Positions 20,801 to 34,805 are shown, counted from the first letter of the stretch. The stretch: DNA of 64,000 bases from Eutreptiella sp. 'Long Island Sound 2002' (GCA_964036045.1 OZ038378.1:162316001-162380000), one strand, 5' to 3'. Notes: a model not told the origin generated them from the sequence alone. Numbers and translations: made by a program.

Positions 20801-23800
20801 CTGAACATGAGCCAAACGGCCGAAAATAATATAAACGCAGCCGCATGAATATGGCCAAAATTGGCGAAAATAATAAAGATGAAGCCGTCTAAATATGGGC
20901 AAAACGGCCGAAAATAATAAAAATGCAGCCCTCTGAACATGGCCAAACCATCTAGAAACGATAAAAATGCAGCCGCGTGAACATGGCCAAACCGTCTAGA
21001 AACGATAAAAATGCAGCCGCCTGAACATGGCCAAAACACCCGAAAATAATCTAAACGCAGCCGCCTGAGGATGGCCAAACCGCCCGAAAAAAATAAAAAT
21101 GCAGCCGCCCGAAGATGGGTAAAACGGCCAGAAATAATAAAAATGGAGCAGCCAAAACAGCTGAAAATAAAAAAAAGGCAGCCGTCTGAACAAGGACGAA
21201 ACATGTTCACGTGGCTGCATTTTACTATTTTCGGCCGTTTTGGCCATTATCAGGCGGTTGCCTTTTGATCATCTTCGGCCGTTTTGGCTATGTTCAATTG
21301 ACTGCGGTTTTATTATTTTCATCCGTTTTGTACACGTTTCTGGCCGTTTTGGCCCAGTTTAGGCAGCCGCATTTCTCTTTTGTTCGGGTGTTTTGGCCAT
21401 GTTTAGGCGGCTGCATTTGTAGTATTATTTTCGGCCGTCTCGTCCTTGTTCAGACGGCTGCCTTTTTTTTATTTTCAGCTGTTTTGGGCATGCTCAGGCT
21501 GCTCCATTTTTATTATTTCTGGCCGTTTTGCCCATCTTCGGGCGGCTGCATTTTATTTTTTTTGGCCGTTTTGGCCAAGTTTAGGCAGCTGCATTTTTAT
21601 TTTTTTCGGGCGGTTTGGCCATCTTCAGGCGGCTGCGTTTGGACTATTTTCGGGTGTTTTGGCCATGTTCAGGCGGCTGCAGTTTTATCGTTTCTAGACG
21701 GTTTGGCCATGTTCAGACGGCTTCATCTTTATTATTTTCGCCAATTTTGGCCATGTTCATGTGGCTGCGTTTATATTATTTTCGGCCGTTTGGCTCATGT
21801 TCAGGCAGTTGCATTTGTATTATTTTGGGCCGTTTTGGCCACATTCAGGCGGCTGCATCTACATTATTCTCGGCCGTTTTTACCATGTTTAGACGGCTAC
21901 TTTTTTATGATTTTTTGCCGTTTTGGCCATGTTCACGTGGTTGCATTTTACTATTTTCGGCTGTTTTGGCCATTATCAGGCGGTTGCCTTTTGACCATCT
22001 TCGGCCGTTTTGGCTATGTTCAAATGACTGCGGTTTTATTATTTTCATCCGTTTTGTACACGTTTCTGGCCGTTTTGGCCCAGTTCAGGCAGCCGCATTT
22101 CTCTTTTGTTCGGGTGGTTTGGTCATAATGAGGCGGCTGCATTTAGATGATTGTCGGGTGTTTTGGCCATGCTCAGGTGGCTGCATTTTCATTATTTCTA
22201 GACGTTTTGGCCATGTTCAAACGGCGCTATTTTAATTACTTTCGGCCGTTTTGCCCATGTTAAGACGGCTGCATTTTTATTATTTCTAGATGTTTTGCCC
22301 ATGTTTAGACGGTTGCATTTTTATTATTTTCGCTCATTTTGGCCATGTCCAGGCGGCTGCATGTATATCATTTTCGGCTGTTTGGCTCCTGTTTAGGCGG
22401 CCGCATTTTCATTCTTTCCGGCCGTTTTGGGCATGTTGAGGCGGTTGCATTTTTATTTTTTCTAGACATTTTGGCCATGTTCACGCCCGTGCATTTAGGT
22501 TATTTTTAGACGTTTTGGCCGCAGTTTTATTGTTTTCGGGTGTTTTGGCCATGTTCAGGCGGCTGCATTTTAATCGTTTCTAGATGGTTTGGCCATGTTC
22601 AGAGGGTTGCATTTTTATTATTTTCGGCCGTTTTACCCATATTTAGACGGCTTCATTTTTATTATTTTCGCCAATTTTGGCCATGTTCATGCGGCTGCGT
22701 TTATAACATTTTCGGCCGTTTGGCTCATGTTCAGGCAGTTGCATTTTTATTATTTTGGGCCGTTTTGGCCACATTCAGGCGGCTGCATCTACATTATTCT
22801 CGGCCGTTTTTACCATGTTTAGACGGCTACATTTTCATGATTTTCCGCCGTTTTGGCCATGTTCACGTGGTTGCATTTTACTATTTCCGGCCGTTTTGGC
22901 CATTATCAGGCGGTTGCCTTTTGATCATCTTCGGCCGTTTTGGCTATGTTCAAATGACTGCGGTTTATTATTTTCATCCGTTTTGTACACGTTTCTGGCC
23001 GTTTTGGCCCGGTTTAGGCAGCCGCATTTCTCTTTTGTTCGGGTGTTTTGGTCATACTCAGGCGGCTGAATTTTTATCGTTGTGGGCTGTTTTGTCCATG
23101 TTTAGGCGGCTGCATTTAGATGATTGTCGGGTGTTTTGGCCATGCTCAGGTGGCTGCATTTTCATTATTTCTAGACGTTTTGGCCATGTTCAAACGGCGC
23201 TATTTTAATTACTTTCGGCCGTTTTGCCCATGTTAAGACGGCTGCATTTTTATTATTTCTAGACGTTTTGGCCATGTTTAGACGGTTGCATTTTTATTAT
23301 TGTCGCTCATTTTGGCCATGTCCAGGCGGCTGCATGTATATTTTTTTCGGCTGCTTGGCTCCTGTTTAGGCGGCCGCATTTTCATTCTTTCCGGCCGTTT
23401 TGGGCATGTTCAGGCGGTTGCATTTTTATCATTTTCGGCCGTTTTGGCTATGTTCAGACGACTGCATTTTTATTATTTTCAGCCGTTTTGTACACGTTCA
23501 AGCGGCTGCATTTTTTATTTTTTCTGGCCGTTTTGGCCATGTTCAGGCGGCCGCATTTCTATTCTTTTCGGGCGTTTTGGCCATACTCAGGCGGCTGAAT
23601 TTTTATCATTGTCGGCCGTTTTGGCCATGTTTAGGCGGATGCATTTGATAAAAATGTAGCCGTCTAAACATGGTAAAAACGGCCGAGAATAATGTAGATG
23701 CAGCCGCCTGAATGTGGCCAAAACGGCCCAAAATAATAAAAATGCAACTGCCTGAACATGAGCCAAACGGCCGAAAATAATATAAACGCAGCCGCATGAA

Positions 23801-26800
23801 TATGGCCAAAATTGGCGAAAATAATAAAGATGAAGCCGTCTAAATATGGGCAAAACGGCCGAAAATAATAAAAATGCAGCCCTCTGAACATGGCCAAACC
23901 ATCTAGAAACGATAAAAATGCAGCCGCGTGAACATGGCCAAACCGTCTAGAAACGATAAAAATGCAGCCGCCTGAACATGGCCAAAACACCCGAAAATAA
24001 TCTAAACGCAGCCGCCTGAAGATGGCCAAACCGCCCGAAAAAAATAAAAATGCAGCCGCCCGAAGATGGGTAAAACGGCCAGAAATAATAAAAATGGAGC
24101 AGCCAAAACAGCTGAAAATAAAAAAAAGGCAGCCGTCTGAACAAGGACGAAACATGTTCACGTGGCTGCATTTTACTATTTTCGGCCGTTTTGGCCATTA
24201 TCAGGCGGTTGCCTTTTGATCATCTTCGGCCGTTTTGGCTATGTTCAATTGACTGCGGTTTTATTATTTTCATCCGTTTTGTACACGTTTCTGGCCGTTT
24301 TGGCCCAGTTTAGGCAGCCGCATTTCTCTTTTGTTCGGGTGTTTTGGCCATGTTTAGGCGGCTGCATTTGTAGTATTATTTTCGGCCGTCTCGTCCTTGT
24401 TCAGACGGCTGCCTTTTTTTTATTTTCAGCTGTTTTGGGCATGCTCAGGCTGCTCCATTTTTATTATTTCTGGCCGTTTTGCCCATCTTCGGGCGGCTGC
24501 ATTTTATTTTTTTTGGCCGTTTTGGCCAAGTTTAGGCAGCTGCATTTTTATTTTTTTCGGGCGGTTTGGCCATCTTCAGGCGGCTGCGTTTGGACTATTT
24601 TCGGGTGTTTTGGCCATGTTCAGGCGGCTGCAGTTTTATCGTTTCTAGACGGTTTGGCCATGTTCAGACGGCTTCATCTTTATTATTTTCGCCAATTTTG
24701 GCCATGTTCATGTGGCTGCGTTTATATTATTTTCGGCCGTTTGGCTCATGTTCAGGCAGTTGCATTTGTATTATTTTGGGCCGTTTTGGCCACATTCAGG
24801 CGGCTGCATCTACATTATTCTCGGCCGTTTTTACCATGTTTAGACAGCTACTTTTTTATGATTTTTCGCCGTTTTGGCCATGTTCACGTGGTTGCATTTT
24901 ACTATTTTCGGCTGTTTTGGCCATTATCAGGCGGTTGCCTTTTGACCATCTTCGGCCGTTTTGGCTATGTTCAAATGACTGCGGTTTTATTATTTTCATC
25001 CGTTTTGTACACGTTTCTGGCCGTTTTGGCCCAGTTCAGGCAGCCGCATTTCTCTTTTGTTCGGGTGGTTTGGTCATAATGAGGCGGCTGCATTTAGATG
25101 ATTGTCGGGTGTTTTGGCCATGCTCAGGTGGCTGCATTTTCATTATTTCTAGACGTTTTGGCCATGTTCAAACGGCGCTATTTTAATTACTTTCGGCCGT
25201 TTTGCCCATGTTAAGACGGCTGCATTTTTATTATTTCTAGATGTTTTGCCCATGTTTAGACGGTTGCATTTTTATTATTTTCGCTCATTTTGGCCATGTC
25301 CAGGCGGCTGCATGTATATCATTTTCGGCTGTTTGGCTCCTGTTTAGGCGGCCGCATTTTCATTCTTTCCGGCCGTTTTGGGCATGTTCAGGCGGTTGCA
25401 TTTTTATTTTTTCTAGACATTTTGGCCATGTTCACGCCCGTGCATTTAGGTTATTTTTAGACGTTTTGGCCGCAGTTTTATTGTTTTCGGGTGTTTTGGC
25501 CATGTTCAGGCGGCTGCATTTTTATCGTTTCTAGATGGTTTGGCCATGTTCAGAGGGTTGCATTTTTATTATTTTCGGCCGTTTTACCCATATTTAGACG
25601 GCTTCATTTTTATTATTTTCGCCAATTTTGGCCATGTTCATGCGGCTGCGTTTATAACATTTTCGGCCGTTTGGCTCATGTTCAGGCAGTTGCATTTTTA
25701 TTATTTTGGGCCGTTTTGGCCACATTCAGGCGGCTGCATCTACATTATTCTCGGCCGTTTTTACCATGTTTAGACGGCTACATTTTCATGATTTTCCGCC
25801 GTTTTGGCCATGTTCACGTGGTTGCATTTTACTATTTCCGGCCGTTTTGGCCATTATCAGGCGGTTGCCTTTTGATCATCTTCGGCCGTTTTGGCTATGT
25901 TCAAATGACTGCGGTTTATTATTTTCATCCGTTTTGTACACGTTTCTGGCCGTTTTGGCCCGGTTTAGGCAGCCGCATTTCTCTTTTGTTCGGGTGTTTT
26001 GGTCATACTCGGGCGGCTGAATTTTTATCGTTGTGGGCTGTTTTGTCCATGTTTAGGCGGCTGCATTTAGATGATTGTCGGGTGTTTTGGCCATGCTCAG
26101 GTGGCTGCATTTTCATTATTTCTAGACGTTTTGGCCATGTTCAAACGGCGCTATTTTAATTACTTTCGGCCGTTTTGCCCATGTTAAGACGGCTGCATTT
26201 TTATTATTTCTAGACGTTTTGGCCATGTTTAGACGGTTGCATTTTTATTATTGTCGCTCATTTTGGCCATGTCCAGGCGGCTGCATGTATATTTTTTTCG
26301 GCCGCTTGGCTCCTGTTTAGGCGGCCGCATTTTCATTCTTTCCGGCCGTTTTGGGCATGTTCAGGCGGTTGCATTTTTATCATTTTCGGCCGTTTTGGCT
26401 ATGTTCAGACGACTGCATTTTTATTATTTTCAGCCGTTTTGTACACGTTCAAGCGGCTGCATTTTTTATTTTTTCTGGCCGTTTTGGCCATGTTCAGGCG
26501 GCCGCATTTCTATTCTTTTCGGGCGTTTTGGCCATACTCAGGCGGCTGAATTTTTATCATTGTCGGCCGTTTTGGCCATGTTTAGGCGGATGCATTTGAT
26601 AAAAATGTAGCCGTCTAAACATGGTAAAAACGGCCGAGAATAATGTAGATGCAGCCGCCTGAATGTGGCCAAAACGGCCCAAAATAATAAAAATGCAACT
26701 GCCTGAACATGAGCCAAACGGCCGAAAATAATATAAACGCAGCCGCATGAATATGGCCAAAATTGGCGAAAATAATAAAGATGAAGCCGTCTAAATATGG

Positions 26801-29800
26801 GCAAAACGGCCGAAAAATAATAAAAATGCAGCCCTCTGAACATGGCCAAACCATCTAGAAACGATAAAAATGCAGCCACGTGAACATGGCCAAACCGTCT
26901 AGAAACGATAAAAATGCAGCCGCCTGAACATGGCCAAAACACCCGAAAATAATCTAAACGCAGCCGCCTGAAGATGGCCAAACCGCCCGAAAAAAATAAA
27001 AATGCAGCCGCCCGAAGATGGGTAAAACGGCCAGAAATAATAAAAATGGAGCAGCCAAAACAGCTGAAAATAAAAAAAAGGCAGCCGTCTGAACAAGGAC
27101 GAAACATGTTCACGTGGCTGCATTTTACTATTTTCGGCCGTTTTGGCCATTATCAGGCGGTTGCCTTTTGACCATCTTCGGCCGTTTTGGCTATGTTCAA
27201 ATGACTGCGGTTTTATTATTTTCATCCGTTTTGTACACGTTTCTGGCCGTTTTGGCCCAGTTCAGGCAGCCGCATTTCTCTTTTGTTCGGGTGGTTTGGT
27301 CATAATGAGGCGGCTGCATTTAGATGATTGTCGGGTGTTTTGGCCATGCTCAGGTGGCTGCATTTTCATTATTTCTAGACGTTTTGGCCATGTTCAAACG
27401 GCGCTATTTTAATTACTTTCGGCCGTTTTGCCCATGTTAAGACGGCTGCATTTTTATTATTTCTAGATGTTTTGCCCATGTTTAGACGGTTGCATTTTTA
27501 TTATTTTCGCTCATTTTGGCCATGTCCAGGCGGCTGCATGTATATCATTTTCGGCTGTTTGGCTCCTGTTTAGGCGGCCGCATTTTCATTCTTTCCGGCC
27601 GTTTTGGGCATGTTCAGGCGGTTGCATTTTTATTTTTTCTAGACATTTTGGCCATGTTCACGCCCGTGCATTTAGGTTATTTTTAGACGTTTTGGCCGCA
27701 GTTTTATTGTTTTCGGGTGTTTTGGCCATGTTTAGGCGGCTGCATTTTTATCGTTTCTAGATGGTTTGGCCATGTTCAGAGGGTTGCATTTTTATTATTT
27801 TCGGCCGTTTTACCCATATTTAGACGGCTTCATTTTTATTATTTTCGCCAATTTTGGCCATGTTCATGCGGCTGCGTTTATAACATTTTCGGCCGTTTGG
27901 CTCATGTTCAGGCAGTTGCATTTGTATTATTTTGGGCCGTTTTGGCCACATTCAGGCGGCTGCATCTACATTATTCTCGGCCGTTTTTACCATGTTTAGA
28001 CGGCTACATTTTCATGATTTTCCGCCGTTTTGGCCATGTTCACGTGGTTGCATTTTACTATTTCCGGCCGTTTTGGCCATTATCAGGCGGTTGCCTTTTG
28101 ATCATCTTCGGCCGTTTTGGCTATGTTCAAATGACTGCGGTTTATTATTTTCATCCGTTTTGTACACGTTTCTGGCCGTTTTGGCCCGGTTTAGGCAGCC
28201 GCATTTCTCTTTTGTTCGGGTGTTTTGGTCATACTCAGGCGGCTGAATTTTTATCGTTGTGGGCTGTTTTGTCCATGTTTAGGCGGCTGCATTTAGATGA
28301 TTGTCGGGTGTTTTGGCCATGCTCAGGTGGCTGCATTTTCATTATTTCTAGACGTTTTGGCCATGTTCAAACGGCGCTATTTTAATTACTTTCGGCCGTT
28401 TTGCCCATGTTAAGACGGCTGCATTTTTATTATTTCTAGACGTTTTGGCCATGTTTAGACGGTTGCATTTTTATTATTGTCGCTCATTTTGGCCATGTCC
28501 AGGCGGCTGCATGTATATTTTTTTCGGCCGCTTGGCTCCTGTTTAGGCGGCCGCATTTTCATTCTTTCCGGCCGTTTTGGGCATGTTCAGGCGGTTGCAT
28601 TTTTATTTTTTCTAGACATTTTGGCCATGTTCACGCGCGTGCATTTAGATTATTTTCGGTAATTTTGGCCATGTTTAGGTGGCTTCATTTGTATTATTTC
28701 TAGACGTTTTGGCCATGTTCAGTCGGCCGCAGTTTTATTGTTTTCAGGTGTTTTGGCCATGTTCAAGCGGGTGCATTTTCATTCTTTCCGCGCGTTTTGG
28801 GCACGTTCAGGCGGCTGCTTTTGTATTATTTCGAGACGTTTTGGCCAAGTTCAGGCGGCCGCATTTAGATTATTTTCGGCAATTTTGGCCATGTTCACGC
28901 GGCTGCATTTTTATCATTTCTAGACGTTTTGGCCATGTTCACACGGTTGCATTTTTAATATTTTGGGCCGTTTTGCCATGTTCCGAAGGTTGCATTTTTA
29001 TCATTTTCGGCAACTTTGGCCATGATCAGGCGGATGGCATTTCATTCTTTCCGGCCGTTTTGGGCATGTTCAGGCGGGTGCATTTTTTTTTTGTATTTCT
29101 AGACTTGTTGGCCATGTTCAGACGGCTACATTCTTATTATTTTCGACAATTTTGGGCATGTTCAGGCGGCTACATTTTTATTATTTCTAGACGTTTTGGC
29201 CATGTTCAAGCGGCTGCATTTTTATTTTTGTCGACAATTTTGGGCATGTTCAGGCGGCTGCATCTGTATTATTTTCGCCCGTTTTGGCCATGTTCAGGCG
29301 GCTGCATCTATATTATTTTCGGCCGTTGGGCTCATGTTCAGGCGACGGCAATTTTTTTTTTTGGACCGTTTTGACCACGTTCAGGCGGCCGCATTTTTAT
29401 CATTTCCGGCCGTCTTGGCCATGTTTAGGTAGCTGCATCTATATTATTTTCGGCTGTTTTGGCCATGTTCCGACAGCTACCTTTTTACTATTTTCGGCCG
29501 TTGTGGCCATTTTCAGGCGGTTGAATTTTAATTGTTTTCCGCCGTTTTGGCCATGTTCACGCGGTTGCATCTTATTATTTTCGGCCGTTTTGGCCATCTT
29601 CAGGCGGGTGCATTTTTATCATTTTCGGCCGTTTTGGCTATGTTCAGACGATTCCATTTTTATTATTTTCAGCCGTTTTGTACACATTCAAGCGGCTGCA
29701 TTTTCTTTTTTTTTTTGGCCCTTTTGGCCATGTTTAGGCGGCCGCATTTCATTATATTCGGCAGTTTGGGCCCAGTTCAGGCGGCCGCATTTATATATTT

Positions 29801-32800
29801 TTTTCGGGCGTTCTGGCCATACTCAGGCGGCGGAATTTTTATCGTTGTCGGCCGCCTTGGCCATGTTTAGGCGGCTCCATTTTTAGTATTATTTCGGGCT
29901 ATTTCGGCCTTGTTCAAACGGCTGCCTTTTTTTTATTTTCAGCTGTTTTGGGCATGCTCATGCTGCTGCATCTAATTTTTTTCGGTCGTTTTGGCAACCT
30001 TCAGACGACTGCATATTTAGTGTTTTCGGTGGTTTTGCCCATTTTTCAGGCGGCTGCATTTTATTATTTTTGGCCGGTTTGTCCATGTTTAGGCAGCCGC
30101 ATTTAGCTTATTTTGGGTTGTTTTACCCATGTTCAGGCGGCTGCATTTTTATCGTTTCTAGATGGTTTGGCCATGTTCAGAGGGCTGCATTTTTATTATT
30201 TTCGGCCGTTTTACCCCCGTTCAGACGGCTTCATTTTTATTATTTTCGCCAATTTTGGCCATGTTCATGCGGCTGCATTTATATTATTTTCGGCCGTTTG
30301 GCTCATGTTCAGGCAGTTGCATTTTTGTTATTTTGGTCCGTTTTGGCCACATTCAGGCGGCTGCATTTTGATCATTTCCGGCCATTTTGGCAATGTTTAG
30401 GTAGCTGCATCTACATTATTCTCGGCCGTTTTTACCATGTTTAGACGGGTACATTTTTATTATTTTCGGCCGTTTTGGCCATGTTCACGGGGCCGCATTT
30501 CACTATTTTCGGCCGTTTTGGCCATTATCAGGCAGTTGCCTTTTGATCTTCTTCGGCCGTTATGGCTATGTTCAAATGACTGCATTTTTATTATTTTCAT
30601 CCGTTTTGTACATGTTTCTGGCCGTTTTGGCCCGGTTCAGCCGCATTCGACTTTTTTCGGGCGTTTTGGTCATACCCAGGCGGCTGAATTTTTACCATTG
30701 TGGGCTGTTTTGTCCATGTTTAGGTGGCTGCATTTTTGGTATTATTTTCAGCCATTTCGGCCTTGTTCGCACGGCTGCAATTTTTTCATTTTCAGCCGTT
30801 TTGGGCATGTTCAGACCGTTGCATTTTTATTATTTTCGGCCGTTTTGGCAATGTTTAGACAACTGCATTTTTTTTTTCGGGCGTTTTGGCCATATTTAGG
30901 CGCATGCCTTCAGATGATTGTCGGGTATTTTGGCCATGTTCAAGCGGTTGCATTTTCATTATTTCTGGACGTTTCTGCCATGTTCGGGCGGCGGTATTTT
31001 AATTACTTTCGGCCGTTTTGCCCATGTGAAGATGCCTGCATGTCTATTCTTTCTAGACGCTTAGGCCATGTTGAAACGGTGGCATTTTCATTAGTTTTGC
31101 CGATTTTGGCCGTGTTCAGGCGGCGGCATGTATATTATTTTCGGCTGTTTGGCTCATGTTCACGCAGCCACATTTTCATTCTTTCCGGCCGTTTTGGGCA
31201 TGTTCAGGCGGTTGCATTTTTATTATTTCTAGACGTTTTGGCCATGGTGAGGAGGCTGCATTTAGATTATTTTCGGCAATTTTGGCCATGTTCAAGTGGC
31301 TTCATTTGTATTATTTCTAGACGTTTGGGCGATGTTTGGCAGGCCGCATTTTTATTTTTTTTGGGTTTTTGGCCATGTTCAGGCGGCTGCATTTTTTGCA
31401 TTTCTAGACGTTTTGCCCATGTTCAGACGGATGCATTTTTATTATTTCTAGACGTTTTGGCCATGTTCAGGCGGCTGCATTCTTATTGTTTTCGGCCGTT
31501 TTTGAGCATGTTCAAGCGGCTACATTTTTATTATTCTGCGCCGTTTTGGCCATGTTTAGGCGGCTGCATTTTTATCATTTCTGGCTGTTTGGGCCATGTT
31601 CACGCCGCTGCATTTTTATTATTTTCGTCCGTTTTGGCCATGTTGAGGCGCCTGCATTTTTAGTACTTTCAGCAACTTTGGCCACGTTCAGGCAGCTGCA
31701 TTTTTATTATTGTCGGCCGCTTTGGTCATGTTCAGACAGCTCTGTTTTTATCATTTTCGGCCGTTTTGGCCATGTTTAGGCGGCTGCATTTTTAGTATTT
31801 TCGGCCGTTTTGGCCATGTTTAGGTGGCTGCACTTTTATTATTTTGGGCCGTTTTGGCCATGTTGAGGCGCCTGCATTTTTAGTACTTTCAGCAACTTTG
31901 GCCACGTTCAGGCAGCTGCATTTTTATTATTGTCGGCCGCTTTGGTCATGTTCAGACAGCTCTGTTTTTATCATTTTCGGCCGTTTTGGCCATGTTTAGG
32001 CGGCTACATTTTTAGTATTTTCGGCCGTTTTGGCCATGTTTAGGTGGCTGCACTTTTATTATTTTGGGCCGTTTTGGCCATGTTGAGGCGCCTGCATTTT
32101 TAGTACTTTCAGCAACTTTGGCCACGTTCAGGCGGCTCCATTTTGATTATTGTCGGCCGTTTTGGCCATGTTCAGACAGCTGCATTTTCGTTCTTTCCGG
32201 TCGTTTTGGCCGTGTCCAGGCAGCTGCGTTTTTATCATTTTCAGCCGTTTCGGGCATGTTCAGGTGGTGTATTTTTATTACTTTTGGGCGTTTTGGGCTC
32301 AATCATGGTCGGTAGCAGATACTGGATGCCCCCGCCCAGGCAATTCCAGCCAATGTTCCAAATGTCCATCAGTAATCCAACTGCTATGCTACATCCAGTC
32401 GTTATGATACAACCTGTAATGTATACATGTGACCTAAAATGGTTCACTTGATATCTGGTGCACCGCATGCACCTGTTAGCATGCACCTGTTGGGCGTTTT
32501 GGCCATGTTTAGGCGGCTGTATTTTTATTATTTTCGGCTGCTTTGGCCATGTTCAGGCGCCTCTATTTTCATTATTTTTGGCCGTTTTGGCCGCGTTCAG
32601 ACAGCTGCATTTTTATTATTTTCGGCCGTTTTGGCCACGGTCAGGCGGCTGCATTTCTATTATTGTCGGCCGTTTCGGCCATGTTCAGACAGCTGCATTT
32701 TCATTCTTTCCGGTCGTCCTGGCCATGTTTAGGCGGCTGCATTTTTGTTCTTTCTGGCCGTTTTGGCCATGTTCAGACGGCTGCATTTTTATTATTTTCG

Positions 32801-33258
32801 GCCGTTTTGGCCATGTTCAGGCGGCTGCATTGAGATTATTTTTGGTCATTCCGGCCATGTTGAGGCGGCCGCATTTTTAGTATTTCAAACCGTTTCAACC
32901 ATGTTCAAGCGGCTGCATTTTCATTATTTCTGACCATTTTGGCCATGTTTAGGCGGCTGCATCTTAATCACTTTCGTCCATTTTGGCCATGTTCAACCGG
33001 CTGCATATTTAATATTTTTGGCCGCTTTGGCCATGTTCAGACGGCTGCATTTTTATCATTTTCGGCTGTTTTGGCCATGTTCAGACGGAGGCATTTTAAT
33101 TATTTTCGGCCGTTTTAACCATGTTCCGCCGGCTTTATTTTCAGCATTTTTGGCCGTTTTGGCCATGTTCAGGCGGCTGCATTTCGCTATTTTCGGCCAT
33201 TTTGGCCATGTTCACGTGGTTGCATTTTTACTATTTTTGGATGTTTTGGCCACGTTTA
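14872..33258 (+). repeat. ~18.4-kb satellite of a ~44-bp monomer (consensus GGCCGTTTTGGCCATGTTCAGGCGGCTGCATTTTTATTATTTTC)
   Basis: Continuous degenerate tandem monomers. The left tip (14872-~15058) is inverted, and a ~190-bp unrelated island sits at ~32300-32490. Confidence 0.95.
17234..28640 (+). repeat. Near-identical 2951-bp higher-order repeat (3 full units, one 2226-bp deleted unit, one partial unit), each unit with a ~500-bp inverted block
   Basis: The same landmark recurs at 17234, 20185, 23136, 26087 (+2951 each) and 28313 (+2226). Inversion starts at 17745, 20696, 23647 and 26598. Confidence 0.92.
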
Positions 33259-34234
33259 GACAGATAGTAAGTGATGGCTGGGCTGTCTGCTAGACTTAGG
33301 AAGCGTGGTGATGGTGTGTAATTGACTGTACTGGGTCGATGTGGGGGTCAGGGTGCCATAGGTGTAGAGACTGCAAAACCGCTTGCACGCGAATCAGGAG
33401 CACAACGAGCAGGTGCGAGGTGAACAGGAATGGAGGGTGCAGAAGACTCACTTACAGATGAGTGTGACTCACAGTCGGAAATAAATGGCGGTTCGGAGCG
33501 TGGCGGGGGCCAGCGCCCCTTTGTGGTGCCAAAGAGCGGCGTAGGCTTCGCGCCTGTGGGGCCACCGATTGTTTGAGTATCATGACATCTGTGACACCTT
33601 ACCTCTCATTACCGTGCCTCCTGTCGCCCGGAGGCTTCAGTTCAGGGCTCTAACACCCTCACTGGCTGTGTCACAGCACGACATTGGTTTTTCTCATTGC
33701 CCTTCCCTACCATAGCATCACAACCATACACCTTTACCTTCATGTCCCTGCACGGCACAGTTCTGGTCATACGCTGCAGTCCCACATGCCTTAGGTTCAA
33801 TCAGCTGGCAACAACCTGCGTGTCGCACCCTGCAGCCTCCCGCACCGGGAGACCACGGTCCAGACATCCTCTTCCATCTAGATCCTCAGCAAGACTTAAG
33901 GCATAGAGATGGCCCGGCTCCGGCAGTGTCTGCACGGGCATGAACCGTTGGGAAAATTTCGCCTGGGAAACTGTAAATACCTATCGATCAGGCGCGATCA
34001 GGCACAATCAGGCGCCGAAATAAAAATACTCAAACAAACACCAAACCCTCCTGGCGTTAGCGATGGCACCCCCGGCCACCGCCGCTGCTCACAGCAGGGT
34101 CCACGCCTGGAGCCGCAGGACGTAGGTGCCCCTCCTCCTGGGCCGCAAACTATTCTTCATACTGACGGATATGTATACATACACTGTCACGGCAGAAATG
34201 AAAACTTACACAGGGCCCGCTGCTTCTCCCGCCC

Positions 34235-34805
34235 TGGTGGTGGCGGGGTAAAGCGTGGTGGTGGTGGTGGCGGGGTAAAGCATGGTGGTGGTGGTGGTCG
34301 TGGGGTAAAGCGTGGTGGTGGTGGTGGTGGTGGGGTAAAGCGTGGTGGTGGTGGTGATGGTGGGATAAAGCGTGGTGGTGGTGGTGGCGGGGTAAAGTGA
34401 GGTGGTGGTGGTGGTGTTGGGGTAAAGCGTGGTGGTGGTGGTGGCAGGGTAGAGCGTGGTGGTGGTGGTGGTGGAGGGGTAAAGCGTGGTGGTGGTAGTG
34501 GCAGGGTAAAGTGAGGTGGTGGTGGATATGGCGGGGTAAAGCGTGGTGGTGGTGGTGATGGCGGGGTAAAGCGTGGTAGTGGTGGCGGCGGGGTAAAGCG
34601 TGGTGGTGGTGGTGGCGGGGTAAAGCATGGTGGTGGCGGTGGTGGCGGGGTAAAGCATGGTGGTGGTGGTGGTAGTGGGGTAAAGCGTGGTGGTGGTGAT
34701 GGCGGGGTAAAGCGTGGTGGTGGTGGTGGCGGGGTAAGGCGTGGTGGTGGTGGTGGTGCTGGTGGCAGGGTAAAGTATGGTGGTGGTGGTGGCGGGGTAA
34801 AGCGT
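34235..34805 (+). repeat. G-rich minisatellite (GGT)nGGCGGGGTAAAGCGT, ~24-27-bp unit
   Basis: Direct inspection; unit length varies mostly by whole GGT triplets. Confidence 0.95.

Noticed and set aside
14681-33293. Dozens of Phe/Trp/Arg-rich ORFs (up to 408 aa) in the track
   Set aside because: They are translations of the 44-bp satellite, which is poor in stop codons on one strand, and they recur at the HOR period.
34095-34150. Possible terminal exon GTYVLRLQAWTLL* on the minus strand
   Set aside because: Too short to support, and it cannot be linked to upstream exons from sequence alone.
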